Of a DNA stretch of 64,000 nucleotides, positions 50,017 through 59,585 are shown piece by piece; the stretch's first letter is position 1, and each line of letters starts with the position of its first letter. The position numbers and the translations under genes were made by a program. The notes beneath the pieces are model-generated. The model had not been told where the DNA came from. It did no database searches and worked only from the letters and a program-made list of their open reading frames with translations. The stretch covers positions 1,222 through 65,221 of the forward strand of contig JAHBVL010000009.1 in assembly GCA_019637585.1 (NCBI GenBank). The letters run 5' to 3'. The stretch comes from Thermomicrobiales bacterium (GTDB taxonomy: Bacteria; Chloroflexota; Chloroflexia; Thermomicrobiales; UBA6265).

Positions 50017-52148
50017 CACGCCTCAAGTCGATGTTCTCCGCGCGCGGTCGCGACGAAGCAAATTGCGAAGCGATCTTCCAGATCGCCCGGGAGGTTATCG
50101 AGAACCGCCGGTCGATGCAGGGTGCGCTCAATGAAGTGCGCCATCCGGCGCTCCTGGACAGTCTCTCCGATGCCGATTTTCGAATGCTGGATGAGGCGAT
50201 CGTCGAGAGCGCCGACGAGTATCGCGAATATGCGCTGGTGCTCGCTCGGTTGACGCACGCCGCGGCCCGGGCCAAGGGGTTCGATCGGCAGATCGTCGAC
50301 GCCGCGCTGCGGCTCGATGCCTTCCTGCCGCTCGACGATCCAAGCCGCGAACGGGAACAGCTGCTGCGCGATGCCTACGTCATCGCCCAGCGGGCCGGTT
50401 ACGCCAAAGGAGGACGGGCCACGCTCTTCCGCCTCGGCGAACGGGCGCTCGCCGCGGATGAATATGACCGGGCGAGGGGAATGTTCCTCCAGCAGCTCGA
50501 TATCGGCGACGAATCGACCGACACCGCCGCCGATGTCGATGCGGCAATCATGCTCGGCGATCTCTTCCGGCGGGAGGGGGACATCGTCACCGCGCAGAGC
50601 TACTACCGGCGCGCCGCACGGTCGGCCCCCAAGACTGACTATCAGCGAGGCGTTGCCGAAGCCCTCATTCGGCAGATCGAGCTTTTCAACAATTCCGGTG
50701 ATGACGAAACGGTCATCCAGCTTCAGAAGCAGGCCTTGGACGCCGCTCAGCAGACATCGGATATCGGGTTGCAGTCGCGCCTGGTCCTCTCGCTGGCGGA
50801 ATCGCTGGCCAGAGCCGGTCGTCTCGATGAGGTGATCGACCAGCTGGAGGACGGCGTGGAGCTGGCCCGCGCAATTGGCGACCTGAGCGTCGAAGGCGAG
50901 TGCCTGCAGGCGCTGGTCGAAGCCTATGGGCAGCAGGGCAATCTCGTTGGTGTCGCCAGGCGGCAAAGCGAGCTCTTGCAGCTCGAGGAGCGGCTCGGCA
51001 ACCGGGCCGATGCGGCCAAATGGGCGGCCCGGCTCGGCGTCACCCTGATGGAGCTCGACCGTCCACAGCGGGCGGTGGAAGCCTATGCCCGGGCTCATCA
51101 GCACGCCCGGTCGCTCAACGATCCACGCATCGAGCAACGCGCTCTCGGCGGGATGGGTGTGGCCTATACCGCGCTCGACCGTCCGGCCGACGCGCTGGAA
51201 AACCTGATGCAGGCGCTCGAAATCGCTCGGCAGACCGGCGACATGCCGCGGCAGGCCCAGTGGTTGGCCAGCATCGGTCAGGCGCTCTGGAACTTCGATC
51301 AGCCGGAGGATGCGCTCAACGCCCTCAATGAGAGCCTGGCGATCGCCCGGCGTATCGACAATGTACCGCTGCAGTGCGAGCTGTTGACGACGCTGGGCGA
51401 GGTGTTCGATGCCACGGGGCAGGTGCCGCGGGCTCGCGAGTGCTACCACCGGGCGCTCGATCTGGCCCGTCGTTTGGGCGACAAAGATCGCCAGATCGAG
51501 CTGATGACCGCGCTTGGCACGATCGCAGCCCGGTCGAAGCAGTCGTCGCAGGCCAATGCCCTCTATACCCAAGCTCTGCAGCTGGCTATCGAAGTCGGCG
51601 ACCGTGCGGCGGGCGCTCGATTGCAGGGGAGGCTTGGCCGGCTGGCGCAACAGCAGCGAGACTGGCCGAAGTCGCTCGACCATTTCCGGCGGGCGGTTGA
51701 TATCGCCGAATCGATCGATCAACCCACGTTGACGAGTCAGCTGCTGCTTCACCTGGCTGGTGCGCAGCATGCGGTTGGTGATCCGGCCGCTGCCAGCTCG
51801 TATCGGAGAGCGCTGGCGCTCTCCCAGCAGATCGGCGATCTCCATCGGGAAGCGCTGGTCCGTCTCAATCTTGGCATTCTGCTCGGCACCGATGGCCACC
51901 GAAACGAAGGTCTCGACCATCTCTATCAGGCAGCCGATCTTGTGGCCGAGCTTGGTCCTGGCGGAGCCGATCTGGCCACGCAGATCGAGGAAGCGATCGT
52001 CCGGCTGGGCGGCAATCTCGTCGCGCAACCGAGCGAGTTCCATCTGCCGCCAGAGCGATCATTCCATTTCGGATCGGTGGGCGATCAATCCTTCGCCCCT
52101 ACCCGGGATGATGAGTTCTACGCCGAGGCAACGCTGCCACCACGGTAG
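50013..52148 (+). CDS. Tetratricopeptide repeat protein
   Basis: Many roughly 40-aa helical repeats (ALxLARxxGD pattern); GTGA overlap with the dehydratase. Confidence 0.88.
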   Translation: MTRLKSMFSARGRDEANCEAIFQIAREVIENRRSMQGALNEVRHPALLDSLSDADFRMLDEAIVESADEYREYALVLARLTHAAARAKGFDRQIVDAALRLDAFLPLDDPSREREQLLRDAYVIAQRAGYAKGGRATLFRLGERALAADEYDRARGMFLQQLDIGDESTDTAADVDAAIMLGDLFRREGDIVTAQSYYRRAARSAPKTDYQRGVAEALIRQIELFNNSGDDETVIQLQKQALDAAQQTSDIGLQSRLVLSLAESLARAGRLDEVIDQLEDGVELARAIGDLSVEGECLQALVEAYGQQGNLVGVARRQSELLQLEERLGNRADAAKWAARLGVTLMELDRPQRAVEAYARAHQHARSLNDPRIEQRALGGMGVAYTALDRPADALENLMQALEIARQTGDMPRQAQWLASIGQALWNFDQPEDALNALNESLAIARRIDNVPLQCELLTTLGEVFDATGQVPRARECYHRALDLARRLGDKDRQIELMTALGTIAARSKQSSQANALYTQALQLAIEVGDRAAGARLQGRLGRLAQQQRDWPKSLDHFRRAVDIAESIDQPTLTSQLLLHLAGAQHAVGDPAAASSYRRALALSQQIGDLHREALVRLNLGILLGTDGHRNEGLDHLYQAADLVAELGPGGADLATQIEEAIVRLGGNLVAQPSEFHLPPERSFHFGSVGDQSFAPTRDDEFYAEATLPPR

Positions 52149-52301
52149 CGCATCGCATTGCACTGCGGTCCGGCTGCCGCTTCGGCGACACGGGGCCTTT
52201 CTCGTTGTCATGGAGTCTCATGAATCCATGGCCGACGCCGACACTACCTCGCACTTCGCACCGAATGACGCGAATCCTTAGCCGATGCTGCTATCCCCCT
52301 T

Positions 52302-52586
52302 GTAGTTGCAGACCCCCGTGTCTGCCTTCCTCTGGGAGATGGCGGCAATGCATCACCTCGTTTCCCATGGAAAAAGCAGACACGGGGGTCTGCAACTACA
52401 GGGTGAGCAACGGCGCTGCGAAGAATGTCATCGTTTCCCATGGAAAACGCAGACACGGGGGTCTGCAACTACTGGGTGATCAACGGCACAGCGAAGAATA
52501 TCATCGTTTCCCATGAGAAAGCAGACACGGGGGTCTGCAACTACTGGGGGATCAACGACGCCGCGAAGAATGTCATCGTTTCCCAT
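52302..52586. repeat. REP family C array: one forward copy and three reverse copies in 72-73 bp tandem units
   Basis: GTAGTTGCAGACCCCCGTGTCTGC at 52302; reverse complement at 52376, 52449 and 52521; the unit includes TCATCGTTTCCCAT, the 3' end of the adjacent gene. Confidence 0.92.
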
Positions 52587-53751
52587 CGGATTGCAGGGTG
52601 GACGAGACTATCGTCTCGATCGCTGCCTGGGATTTCAGTCCGGATCCGGTCAACACCATGACCGTGCCGGTGCTGGCCGGAACACGTCCTGATTCGACCA
52701 ATCGCTCCGCCGCAGCCACGGCCAGCGCCGACGTCGGCTCGATGAAGAGTCCCTGGCTTGCCGCCAATCGCGTCGCTGCGGCGATCTCCGATTCGGAGAG
52801 CGCGACTGCTCCCCCGCCACTGGCGCGCAATGCGGCCAGCACCTCTCTGCCCCGAACTGGTTTGGCGATCGACGCACCTTCTGCAAGCGTCGGCTGGTGA
52901 GGAAACGTTTCGACGTCGATCGCGTCTTTCTCTAGAGCCGACACCAGAGGGCTGCATGCCGCGGGTTGCGCGGCATAGATCCGGGGCATCCGGTCGATCT
53001 CTCCCGCGGCATGAAGCATGGAGAATGCCGAGAACGCGCCAAGAATGATGCTTCCCGAACCGGCGGGAGCGATCAGCGCTTCCGGGGCATTGTGACCAAG
53101 CTGCTCCCAGAGCTCGAACCCGATTGTCGACACTCCCGCGATGAACCAGGGGTGCCAGTTGTGGGACGCATAGACGACGCCCCTCTCCGGGTCATGCGCT
53201 CCCTCGGCCGCGCTGGCGACATCGGCTCTCGATCCCTCGACCCGCACCACGGTTGCTCCGTAGGCGGTCGCCTGGATCAGTTTGCCGGACGAGGCATGGG
53301 CGGGAGCGTAGATCGTGCAGGGAATACCCGCCCGGGCCGCATAGCCGGCCAGTGACGCCGCGGCGTTGCCGGACGAGTCCTCGACCAGCCGCGCGACGCC
53401 AGCTTCGGCAAAGGCATTGACCAGCAGTGCGCATCCCCGGTCCTTGAATGAGGCAGTCGGGTGGCTCGATTCGAGTTTGGCGCCGATGGTCGCGCCACCG
53501 AGGTCGAGGCTGGTCAGCGGAGTCGGTTCTTCCCCAAACGTGATGCGCGGTTCGATGGAAGGAAGTGCAGCACGGTACCGCCAGATGAAGGATGTCGATC
53601 GGTCCAGATCGGCAACGCCGAAACGGGTTGGCGCGCGCCAGGAGACGGGTCCCAGACAGTCCGGGCATCGCCAGGCAGTGACCGGGAGGAGGCGTGAGTC
53701 GTCACACCGCTCACAGAAAAGGCAATTCGGCTGGGTAGCTGACGAATTCAT
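52573..53751 (-). CDS. thrC: Threonine synthase-like PLP enzyme with N-terminal zinc ribbon
   Basis: CERC..CPDC, PTASFKDRG, EDSSGNAAASLA, PAGSGS, IEPTSA, LTGSGLK. Confidence 0.8.
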   Translation of the reverse strand: MNSSATQPNCLFCERCDDSRLLPVTAWRCPDCLGPVSWRAPTRFGVADLDRSTSFIWRYRAALPSIEPRITFGEEPTPLTSLDLGGATIGAKLESSHPTASFKDRGCALLVNAFAEAGVARLVEDSSGNAAASLAGYAARAGIPCTIYAPAHASSGKLIQATAYGATVVRVEGSRADVASAAEGAHDPERGVVYASHNWHPWFIAGVSTIGFELWEQLGHNAPEALIAPAGSGSIILGAFSAFSMLHAAGEIDRMPRIYAAQPAACSPLVSALEKDAIDVETFPHQPTLAEGASIAKPVRGREVLAALRASGGGAVALSESEIAAATRLAASQGLFIEPTSALAVAAAERLVESGRVPASTGTVMVLTGSGLKSQAAIETIVSSTLQSDGKR

Positions 53752-53940
53752 GGCAATTGTGTCGATTCGACAAGTCGAACAGGTTCGCTTCGTGCCCGGA
53801 ATCAGATTCCCGGCACAGGTGGCCGATTGTATACTTGACGCTATCCGCAAGTTCGTCACCGACGAGCGCCGTTGCACACGTGAGCGGATCCAGAGCACCG
53901 CTACATCGATACTCTCCATCCCGGAGAGGGAGGTTGTCCG

Positions 53941-54183
53941 ATGACATACGTCATCACCCAGCCGTGCATTGGAACCAAAGACGCGTCCTGCGTCGAAGTT
54001 TGCCCGGTTGACTGTATTCACTCGACGGACGATGCCGAGCAGTACTTCATCGATCCGAGCGAATGCATCGATTGCGGCGTTTGCGCCGAAGTCTGCCCCG
54101 TTGAGGCGATCTTCTTCGAGGACGATGTTCCCGAGCAGTGGAACGCGTTCATCGAGCTCAACAAGCTCTTTTACGCGCGCTAG
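53941..54183 (+). CDS. fdxA: Ferredoxin, FdxA (7Fe) type
   Basis: MTYVITQPC..CVEVCPVDCI..CIDCGVCAEVCPVEAI; GGAGG RBS. Confidence 0.92.
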   Translation: MTYVITQPCIGTKDASCVEVCPVDCIHSTDDAEQYFIDPSECIDCGVCAEVCPVEAIFFEDDVPEQWNAFIELNKLFYAR

Positions 54184-56222
54184 GTATCCTCGGCTTCCGG
54201 CGTGGCGGCGTTGTTCGCCGCCGCGTCGGCAATTGCGCCAAATGGCATGACCGGCAGCTCGGCTTGCCAGATTCCATCGTTCGCAATCCAGTAGACCACC
54301 CCCTGCGCCTCGCTGACGAGCAGGTCGGTCATCTCCACGAATCCCTCATGCGCTTCGCTATCCAGCCGGCCATGCTCGTCGGGGCCGAGCAGGTATGTCG
54401 CAACCTCGTCATCCTGGTTTTCCCAGGCGATCAACCGTCCTTCGGCAACGCCCGCATCGGCGATGAAGACGAGCTCGTTGGAGGTGTCGTAGGCAATTGC
54501 CCTGGGGTCGGTGAGGGGAGTTGTCAGGGGGAGGTTGGTCTTGCCCACCACGTAGCCCTCCTTGAGCGCATAGAGATCGCCATTGGCGTAGAGGACATGA
54601 ATCTCGCCGTCGATGGCGATGCCGATGGGACCCTCGGGGAGAATCTCGCTGTCCCGCTGCAGCCAGAGCGATGTCTGACCCGATTCGGGGTCGATGAGCA
54701 CGATTTCGGCGCTATCCAGGTCGATGACATACAGGCGACTGCGGAAAACGGAAGCGTCGTTGTCGGCCATCCCAAACCCGGATGGCCAGCTGGGAAAGAC
54801 CGAGGCGAACCCGCCAACTGGATCGCCATAGAAGTAGGAGGCGCCCGGCGAGGTCATCGCCAGCGTGGTGATGTCGCCACCACCGGCAAAGAGCGAACCG
54901 CTCGATTCGGATGGCACCAGGTCCGGCAGCGCGACCAGGCGCCGTTCGTCGACGTCGATCGTGAAAATGTCGCCGGCCAGGAGATAGATCACGCCGGCGG
55001 CCTGAATGAGCGACAGATCGGCATCCCGCAACGACTCCGGAATGATGCCGATGCGGCGAGGATTCTCCAACCGGACGATCGAGTTCAGGTAGTCGTTTGC
55101 CGCGATGATCTGGAGCCGGAGACTGACCGCTTCCGGTGACTCCGCATCGTCGCCCCCTTCCCGGTCGAGCAGGGTGTGGGCGCCGGGAAGAAGCGCGTTG
55201 ACCAGGTCGGTGTCTTCCGCGGCAATCGCATCGGCAATGGCCAGACTGTATTCACCGGGCGACGCGCTCTCGGGATAGATCCGCTCCGGCCGGTTGGTGA
55301 TGGCGAAATAGGCGCCGACCGCAAAGAGCAGCAATGCCGCAACGAGCAATGCCAGCATCCGTGCTGGCGGCACGCCGCGAGGGAGTCTCGATCGCAGTGC
55401 GCTGGGCGTACCGCCGCGGCTGGTCGACCGATACCGGTGCAGCGCGTCCGAACCGGGTGGACGCTGCAGGAGTTTGGGGCCTCCCGAGGACTGGCTGGTC
55501 CACGAACTCTGCACCCGGGTCTGCATTTGAGCAGCGGCTTGTACCTGCTCTGCCGGCACTGGTGGAAGAGGCTGGGACGGATCGAGCGCGATTTCAGGAT
55601 CGGGCGGAGGTGGTTCGTCGGTCACCTCCAGCCAGATGAACGATCCCGATGGTCCCGCCGCCTGTTCCAGCGACTCAGCGCTGTCGAAATCGGCGTCCGC
55701 CGATTCCCCGACTGCGGCCAGCAGCGCGAGGCGATCCCCTGGACCGAGTGTCGATTCCATGATGCGCGGACCAGTCTCGGTCGCCGTGGATTCGGAGGGG
55801 GGAAGATGTGTGGCCTCCCCATCCTGGTAGAGCATGGCTCGGCATGGGTCGGTGACGGCCAGGAAGAGGTGGTCGTCGTCGAGAACGGCCGCCGCGATGC
55901 CAATCGACGCCCCACCTGATCTGGCGCCGGTATCTTCCTCGATCTTCGTCCGAATGGCGTCGATGGCTTGCATGAGCGCCTGCGCCGGCTCGGCCAGCGA
56001 CGCGCGGAAAAAGGTCGCAGCCAGCTCTTCGAGGAGGGCATCGGCGTTGATGTGCTGGTGATTGTGAGATGCGCTGATGGCGGTCACCCCCATCATGCGC
56101 CGGTTGCCCCATCCCTCCTGGCGGTCGACCATGCCGGAGGTGAATACGGGCGGCATGTCACGACGCTCGCTCTCGGGCGTCGATGACGGTGATGGCGTTT
56201 GCGGGGAATCGTCCGCCTGCAT
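54180..56222 (-). CDS. Single-pass membrane protein: degenerate PP2C/SpoIIE-like N-terminus and probable beta-propeller C-terminus
   Basis: 680-aa ORF with one hydrophobic span (MLALLVAALLLFAVGAYFAI). AAAVLDDDHLFLA and LGPGDRLAL resemble the PP2C fold; PIGIAIDG, PRAIAYD and VFIADA resemble NHL repeats. Confidence 0.7.
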   Translation of the reverse strand: MQADDSPQTPSPSSTPESERRDMPPVFTSGMVDRQEGWGNRRMMGVTAISASHNHQHINADALLEELAATFFRASLAEPAQALMQAIDAIRTKIEEDTGARSGGASIGIAAAVLDDDHLFLAVTDPCRAMLYQDGEATHLPPSESTATETGPRIMESTLGPGDRLALLAAVGESADADFDSAESLEQAAGPSGSFIWLEVTDEPPPPDPEIALDPSQPLPPVPAEQVQAAAQMQTRVQSSWTSQSSGGPKLLQRPPGSDALHRYRSTSRGGTPSALRSRLPRGVPPARMLALLVAALLLFAVGAYFAITNRPERIYPESASPGEYSLAIADAIAAEDTDLVNALLPGAHTLLDREGGDDAESPEAVSLRLQIIAANDYLNSIVRLENPRRIGIIPESLRDADLSLIQAAGVIYLLAGDIFTIDVDERRLVALPDLVPSESSGSLFAGGGDITTLAMTSPGASYFYGDPVGGFASVFPSWPSGFGMADNDASVFRSRLYVIDLDSAEIVLIDPESGQTSLWLQRDSEILPEGPIGIAIDGEIHVLYANGDLYALKEGYVVGKTNLPLTTPLTDPRAIAYDTSNELVFIADAGVAEGRLIAWENQDDEVATYLLGPDEHGRLDSEAHEGFVEMTDLLVSEAQGVVYWIANDGIWQAELPVMPFGAIADAAANNAATPEAEDT

Positions 56223-56377
56223 CTGCTGAACCGGGCGAAGGAGGAAAGGGACTGTTGACTGCCGTCATCGCGAGCACCGGCAGTAGTTGAGCAAGCTCAC
56301 TGGCAGTATAGCCGCCCCCGGAGAGGGGAGTCACTTCGATGCGGACCGAACCGGGCCCGGCATGCGAAACTGACGGC

Positions 56378-57040
56378 ATGATCGATCAGTCGTCTGCATC
56401 ACCAACACCTGAAATCTCCGGCAACTGGGCGCGTGTGGCCAGAGTCGCTGTGCTCCTCTCCGGTTCGGGGCGGACGCTGGAGAATCTCCTCGGCGCCGCT
56501 CATCGGGGCATCCTTGACTGCGAGTTCGTCGCGGTCGTCAGCTCGAAACCCGACGTGCGTGGGCTGGCGATTGCCCAGGACGCGGAGATCCCGGCATTTG
56601 TCGTCCAGCGCCGTGACTTTCTCTCGGATGAGGCATACACCGAAGAGGTCGAAGCGGTGCTGGCCCCGTTTTCACCCGATCTGATTCTGCTCGCCGGTTT
56701 TCTGCGCAAGCTGGTGATTGGCGACAAATGGGCGGGACGCGTTCTGAACATTCATCCGGCGCTGCTGCCGGAGATGGCGGCTGCGGCTGGCAAGGGATTC
56801 TACGGGGACAAAGTCCATGCCGAGGTGCTGCGTCGCGGCGTGTCGGAATCGGGAGCCACGGTCCACGTTGTGGACAACGGCTACGATACCGGCCCGGTGG
56901 TTGACCGGGTTGCCGTGCCGGTGCTGGGAGGGGATACGGTGAGGTCACTTGCCGACCGCGTGTTCGCCGCGGAATGCGATCTCTACCCCCGTGCCGTCAA
57001 CGAATACATCAGAAAACACTGCGATTGGCTGCTGGTTTGA
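56378..57040 (+). CDS. purN: Phosphoribosylglycinamide formyltransferase
   Basis: VAVLLSGSGRTL, LAGFL, LNIHPALLP, SGATVHVVDNGYDTGP. Confidence 0.94.
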   Translation: MIDQSSASPTPEISGNWARVARVAVLLSGSGRTLENLLGAAHRGILDCEFVAVVSSKPDVRGLAIAQDAEIPAFVVQRRDFLSDEAYTEEVEAVLAPFSPDLILLAGFLRKLVIGDKWAGRVLNIHPALLPEMAAAAGKGFYGDKVHAEVLRRGVSESGATVHVVDNGYDTGPVVDRVAVPVLGGDTVRSLADRVFAAECDLYPRAVNEYIRKHCDWLLV

Positions 57041-57273
57041 CAGAAATCGCGTACATACGCAGAAAAATCACCGGTCAAAGCGTCTTGACACCTTGACACC
57101 ATACGCTGTGCAGGATGATGATACAAGCGAGTTTGACTCGCTAAGTACTGACACTGTTTGCCCGGCGGGCCGGGGTGCCAGTTCTCGCGAGCAGGCTGGT
57201 GACCGTAATGCTGACGGCGGACGGCGCCAAATGCAGGTCGGTGTGGGCAGGCGTGGGGAGTGGAGGTTCGTCT

Positions 57274-57915
57274 ATGGATATTCTCGTTGGTCTTCTGATG
57301 CTCTTGGCAGGAGCGACGCTCCTGCTGTCGGGGCTGAGGGTTTTTGCCATCATGCTCCCGATTCTCGGGTTCATGGCCGGTATCTCGCTCGGTCTGGCCA
57401 TCATGTACTGGGCGTTCGATGAGGGCATTCTGTCGACGGCCGCGGGGCTCGTCGTCGGCATCATCCTCGGCATCGTCTTTGCCGTGCTGTCGTATCTCTT
57501 CTGGTATGTCGCGGTGGTGATGGGCGGCGCGATGATCGGCGCCTCACTGGGCGCTGGTTTGATGAACCTGTTCGGTGTCAACACGAACTGGGTCATCGCC
57601 GTCGCGGCGATCGTTGGCGGCATCCTGGCGGCGTTCCTCACGATCGCGCTCGATCTTCCCATCTACTGGGTTGTCGTCGTGACCGCGTTCAACGGCGCTG
57701 CATGGGTTATCGCCGGCGTGCTGTTGATCTTCGACAAGCTCGAGCGCAGCGAGCTCGGTTATGGCACTGTCTGGGCCATCATCGACGAGAGCCCGTGGTG
57801 GCTGATCGCATGGGCCGTGCTGGCAGCGGTTGGTGTTGGCGCTCAGCTCACGCAGATTGCCCGCGTGGTTCTGCCCTCTGATCCGTGGACGAAGACCCCG
57901 GCGCCGCAGATGTAG
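57274..57915 (+). CDS. Multi-pass membrane protein (DUF4203/TMEM198-like)
   Basis: GGAGG RBS; about 7 Gly-rich TM spans, GLRVF..LPILGF, TAFNGA, W..LA..G...Q. Confidence 0.75.
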   Translation: MDILVGLLMLLAGATLLLSGLRVFAIMLPILGFMAGISLGLAIMYWAFDEGILSTAAGLVVGIILGIVFAVLSYLFWYVAVVMGGAMIGASLGAGLMNLFGVNTNWVIAVAAIVGGILAAFLTIALDLPIYWVVVVTAFNGAAWVIAGVLLIFDKLERSELGYGTVWAIIDESPWWLIAWAVLAAVGVGAQLTQIARVVLPSDPWTKTPAPQM

Positions 57916-57956
57916 GCAGGGGCCTTTGGCAAAGGGTAAAAGGCAATAGGCAAAGG

Positions 57957-57989
57957 AATGAGGGCTGTCGCATGACAGCCCTCATTTTC
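57957..57989 (+). terminator. Hairpin between convergent genes (probable terminator)
   Basis: AATGAGGGCTGTC-GCAT-GACAGCCCTCATT, a 13-bp perfect stem ending in a short T run. Confidence 0.7.
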
Positions 57990-58003
57990 GTCGATAGTTG
58001 GGG

Positions 58004-58073
58004 CGGGCCACAGGTGCCCGAACTACGTTTCCCAGTGCCCAGTGCCCAGTGCCCAGTGCCCAGTGCCCTTTTC
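58004..58073 (-). repeat. REP family B plus (CCCAGTG)x5 heptamer array next to a stop codon
   Basis: CGGGCCACAGGTGCCCGAACTAC at 58004-58026; heptamers at 58031-58068. Confidence 0.9.
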
Positions 58074-59432
58074 CTACGACACCCAATACCAATTGGCAAA
58101 CTGGGCCGTCAGGAGAATGAGAAAGACCGTCGAAATCGCCAGAACGGGTAGGCGCAACCATCTCGGTTTGAGCAGGAGGGCAATCACCACGAAGAGGGGG
58201 AAGAGAGTCAATCCGAAACGGGGCATGCTCATCAGTGGATGCACGGTCGAGGGGCTGAAGAGCGGGATGACTAATCCGGGAATCAGATACGCGGACTGAT
58301 AGAGGGGCAGCATTCGGAGTCCGACGACCGCCAGACCGATGAAGAGAACGGTCATCGCCAGCTCGAGCGTATCACTGTTGGCCGCTGCCAACCGGAACGC
58401 CGGATCGCTCAGCGTTTCCCAACGAGGATTCTCGTTGAGCTGCCGCAGCCAGCTCCAGTCAGCGCCATCCACCTGCCACACATTCGTTTGCCCATACTGG
58501 GTCAATGTCAGCTCGCAGCCGCTCACGGCGCACTTCATCGTTTCCCAGGGCCAGGCAAATGTACGGTTCCATTGATTCTGCACGTCGATGAACTGGCGCC
58601 ACGACCCTTGCTTGTCCTCCAGGTGCCAGCCAAAAAAGAGTGGCCCCAGCGCGGGCATGCCCACGGCGATGATCTTCGGAAAGAGATTGCGGAGGTAGAA
58701 GCCATACTGCTGGATGAAGAGCACCAGGAGCGGCAATCCCAGAAACACGCCATATGACCGGGTCAGCGATGCCAGCAGACCAAGGACTCCGGCGATCCAC
58801 CATCGTTGGATCCTTGCCGCGTAGAGCGAACCAGCGGCGAACATCAGAAAGACCGACTCGGTGTAGACCGCCGAAAAGAAAAGGGCTGTGGGGAAGAGCG
58901 CCAGCACCCAAAGCGACCGCCGGGCGATAGTCTGTCCGAAGTCGAGACTCAGCAAGCGATAGAGAACGATCAGGGCAACGGCGAACGCCAGATTGGCGAT
59001 CAGATACCCGGACGTTTCTTCTGGCAAGCCGGTGATTCGGGAAAGTCCGCGCATCGACACCGGCAATGCCGGCCAGAAGGCCGCCACGGCATCGTCATAG
59101 GCATAGCCTTCGATGGCGATCAGCCGGTACCAGAGTCCGTCCCAGAGGCGTAGCGGTTCGACAATCTGCGCCTGCCACCCTGAGAGGGGTGGCGCATCGG
59201 TGCCATATGGCGGCGAACCGCTGTTCATCGTGCCGTAACGGTAGGCGAGGAATGCCGCGGCATTGACGATGACGAAGTGTACGAGCCAGACGAAGAGCGG
59301 AAAGCCCCACGGCTTGGCCAGCTTCGTTCTCGCTGTCGCCGCGGCTCGTGGTGTGGACCGCGGCTGGGTCGAGATCGGGAGCGTGTCGTCGGCGTCGAAT
59401 GATGCTGAAATGGGTCGTACAGAAGCAGACAT
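58074..59432 (-). CDS. GT-C membrane mannosyltransferase (PIG-V/Mannosyl_trans2-like)
   Basis: WDGLWYRLIAIEGY, AFWP, FPTALFFSAVYTESVF, TRSYG, SMPRF; many TM spans. Confidence 0.85.
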   Translation of the reverse strand: MSASVRPISASFDADDTLPISTQPRSTPRAAATARTKLAKPWGFPLFVWLVHFVIVNAAAFLAYRYGTMNSGSPPYGTDAPPLSGWQAQIVEPLRLWDGLWYRLIAIEGYAYDDAVAAFWPALPVSMRGLSRITGLPEETSGYLIANLAFAVALIVLYRLLSLDFGQTIARRSLWVLALFPTALFFSAVYTESVFLMFAAGSLYAARIQRWWIAGVLGLLASLTRSYGVFLGLPLLVLFIQQYGFYLRNLFPKIIAVGMPALGPLFFGWHLEDKQGSWRQFIDVQNQWNRTFAWPWETMKCAVSGCELTLTQYGQTNVWQVDGADWSWLRQLNENPRWETLSDPAFRLAAANSDTLELAMTVLFIGLAVVGLRMLPLYQSAYLIPGLVIPLFSPSTVHPLMSMPRFGLTLFPLFVVIALLLKPRWLRLPVLAISTVFLILLTAQFANWYWVS

Positions 59433-59585
59433 GGGCTAAAGCATAGGTTGGTCAGTGGGCAATTGCGAAACCGGATGGTGATTGTGAACGGCGGGTGATG
59501 CGAGTCTGGTCGATCGATCATCGATGTTAGGATGATCGCAGGAATTCTGATCCCTGACAGGTATACGACGAACAAGGAGAAGCCG

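Noticed and set aside
49986-52043. 685-aa antisense ORF (likewise 4333-5418, 19263-20354, 36483-38168 and others)
   Set aside because: Shadow ORFs opposite clear genes, common in high-GC DNA; no motifs.
52302-52586. CRISPR array (72-73 bp period)
   Set aside because: The period is CRISPR-like, but the spacers are copies of each other and the repeat is a GTAG-type REP also found singly at 14961.
53786-53797. LexA (Cheo) box CGAAC-AG-GTTCG
   Set aside because: The spacer is 2 nt rather than the required 4, and the neighbours are not SOS genes.
57040-57273. ZTP riboswitch near purN
   Set aside because: It lies downstream of purN and lacks the GACTGGCG/CGCCTGGG pseudoknot pair.
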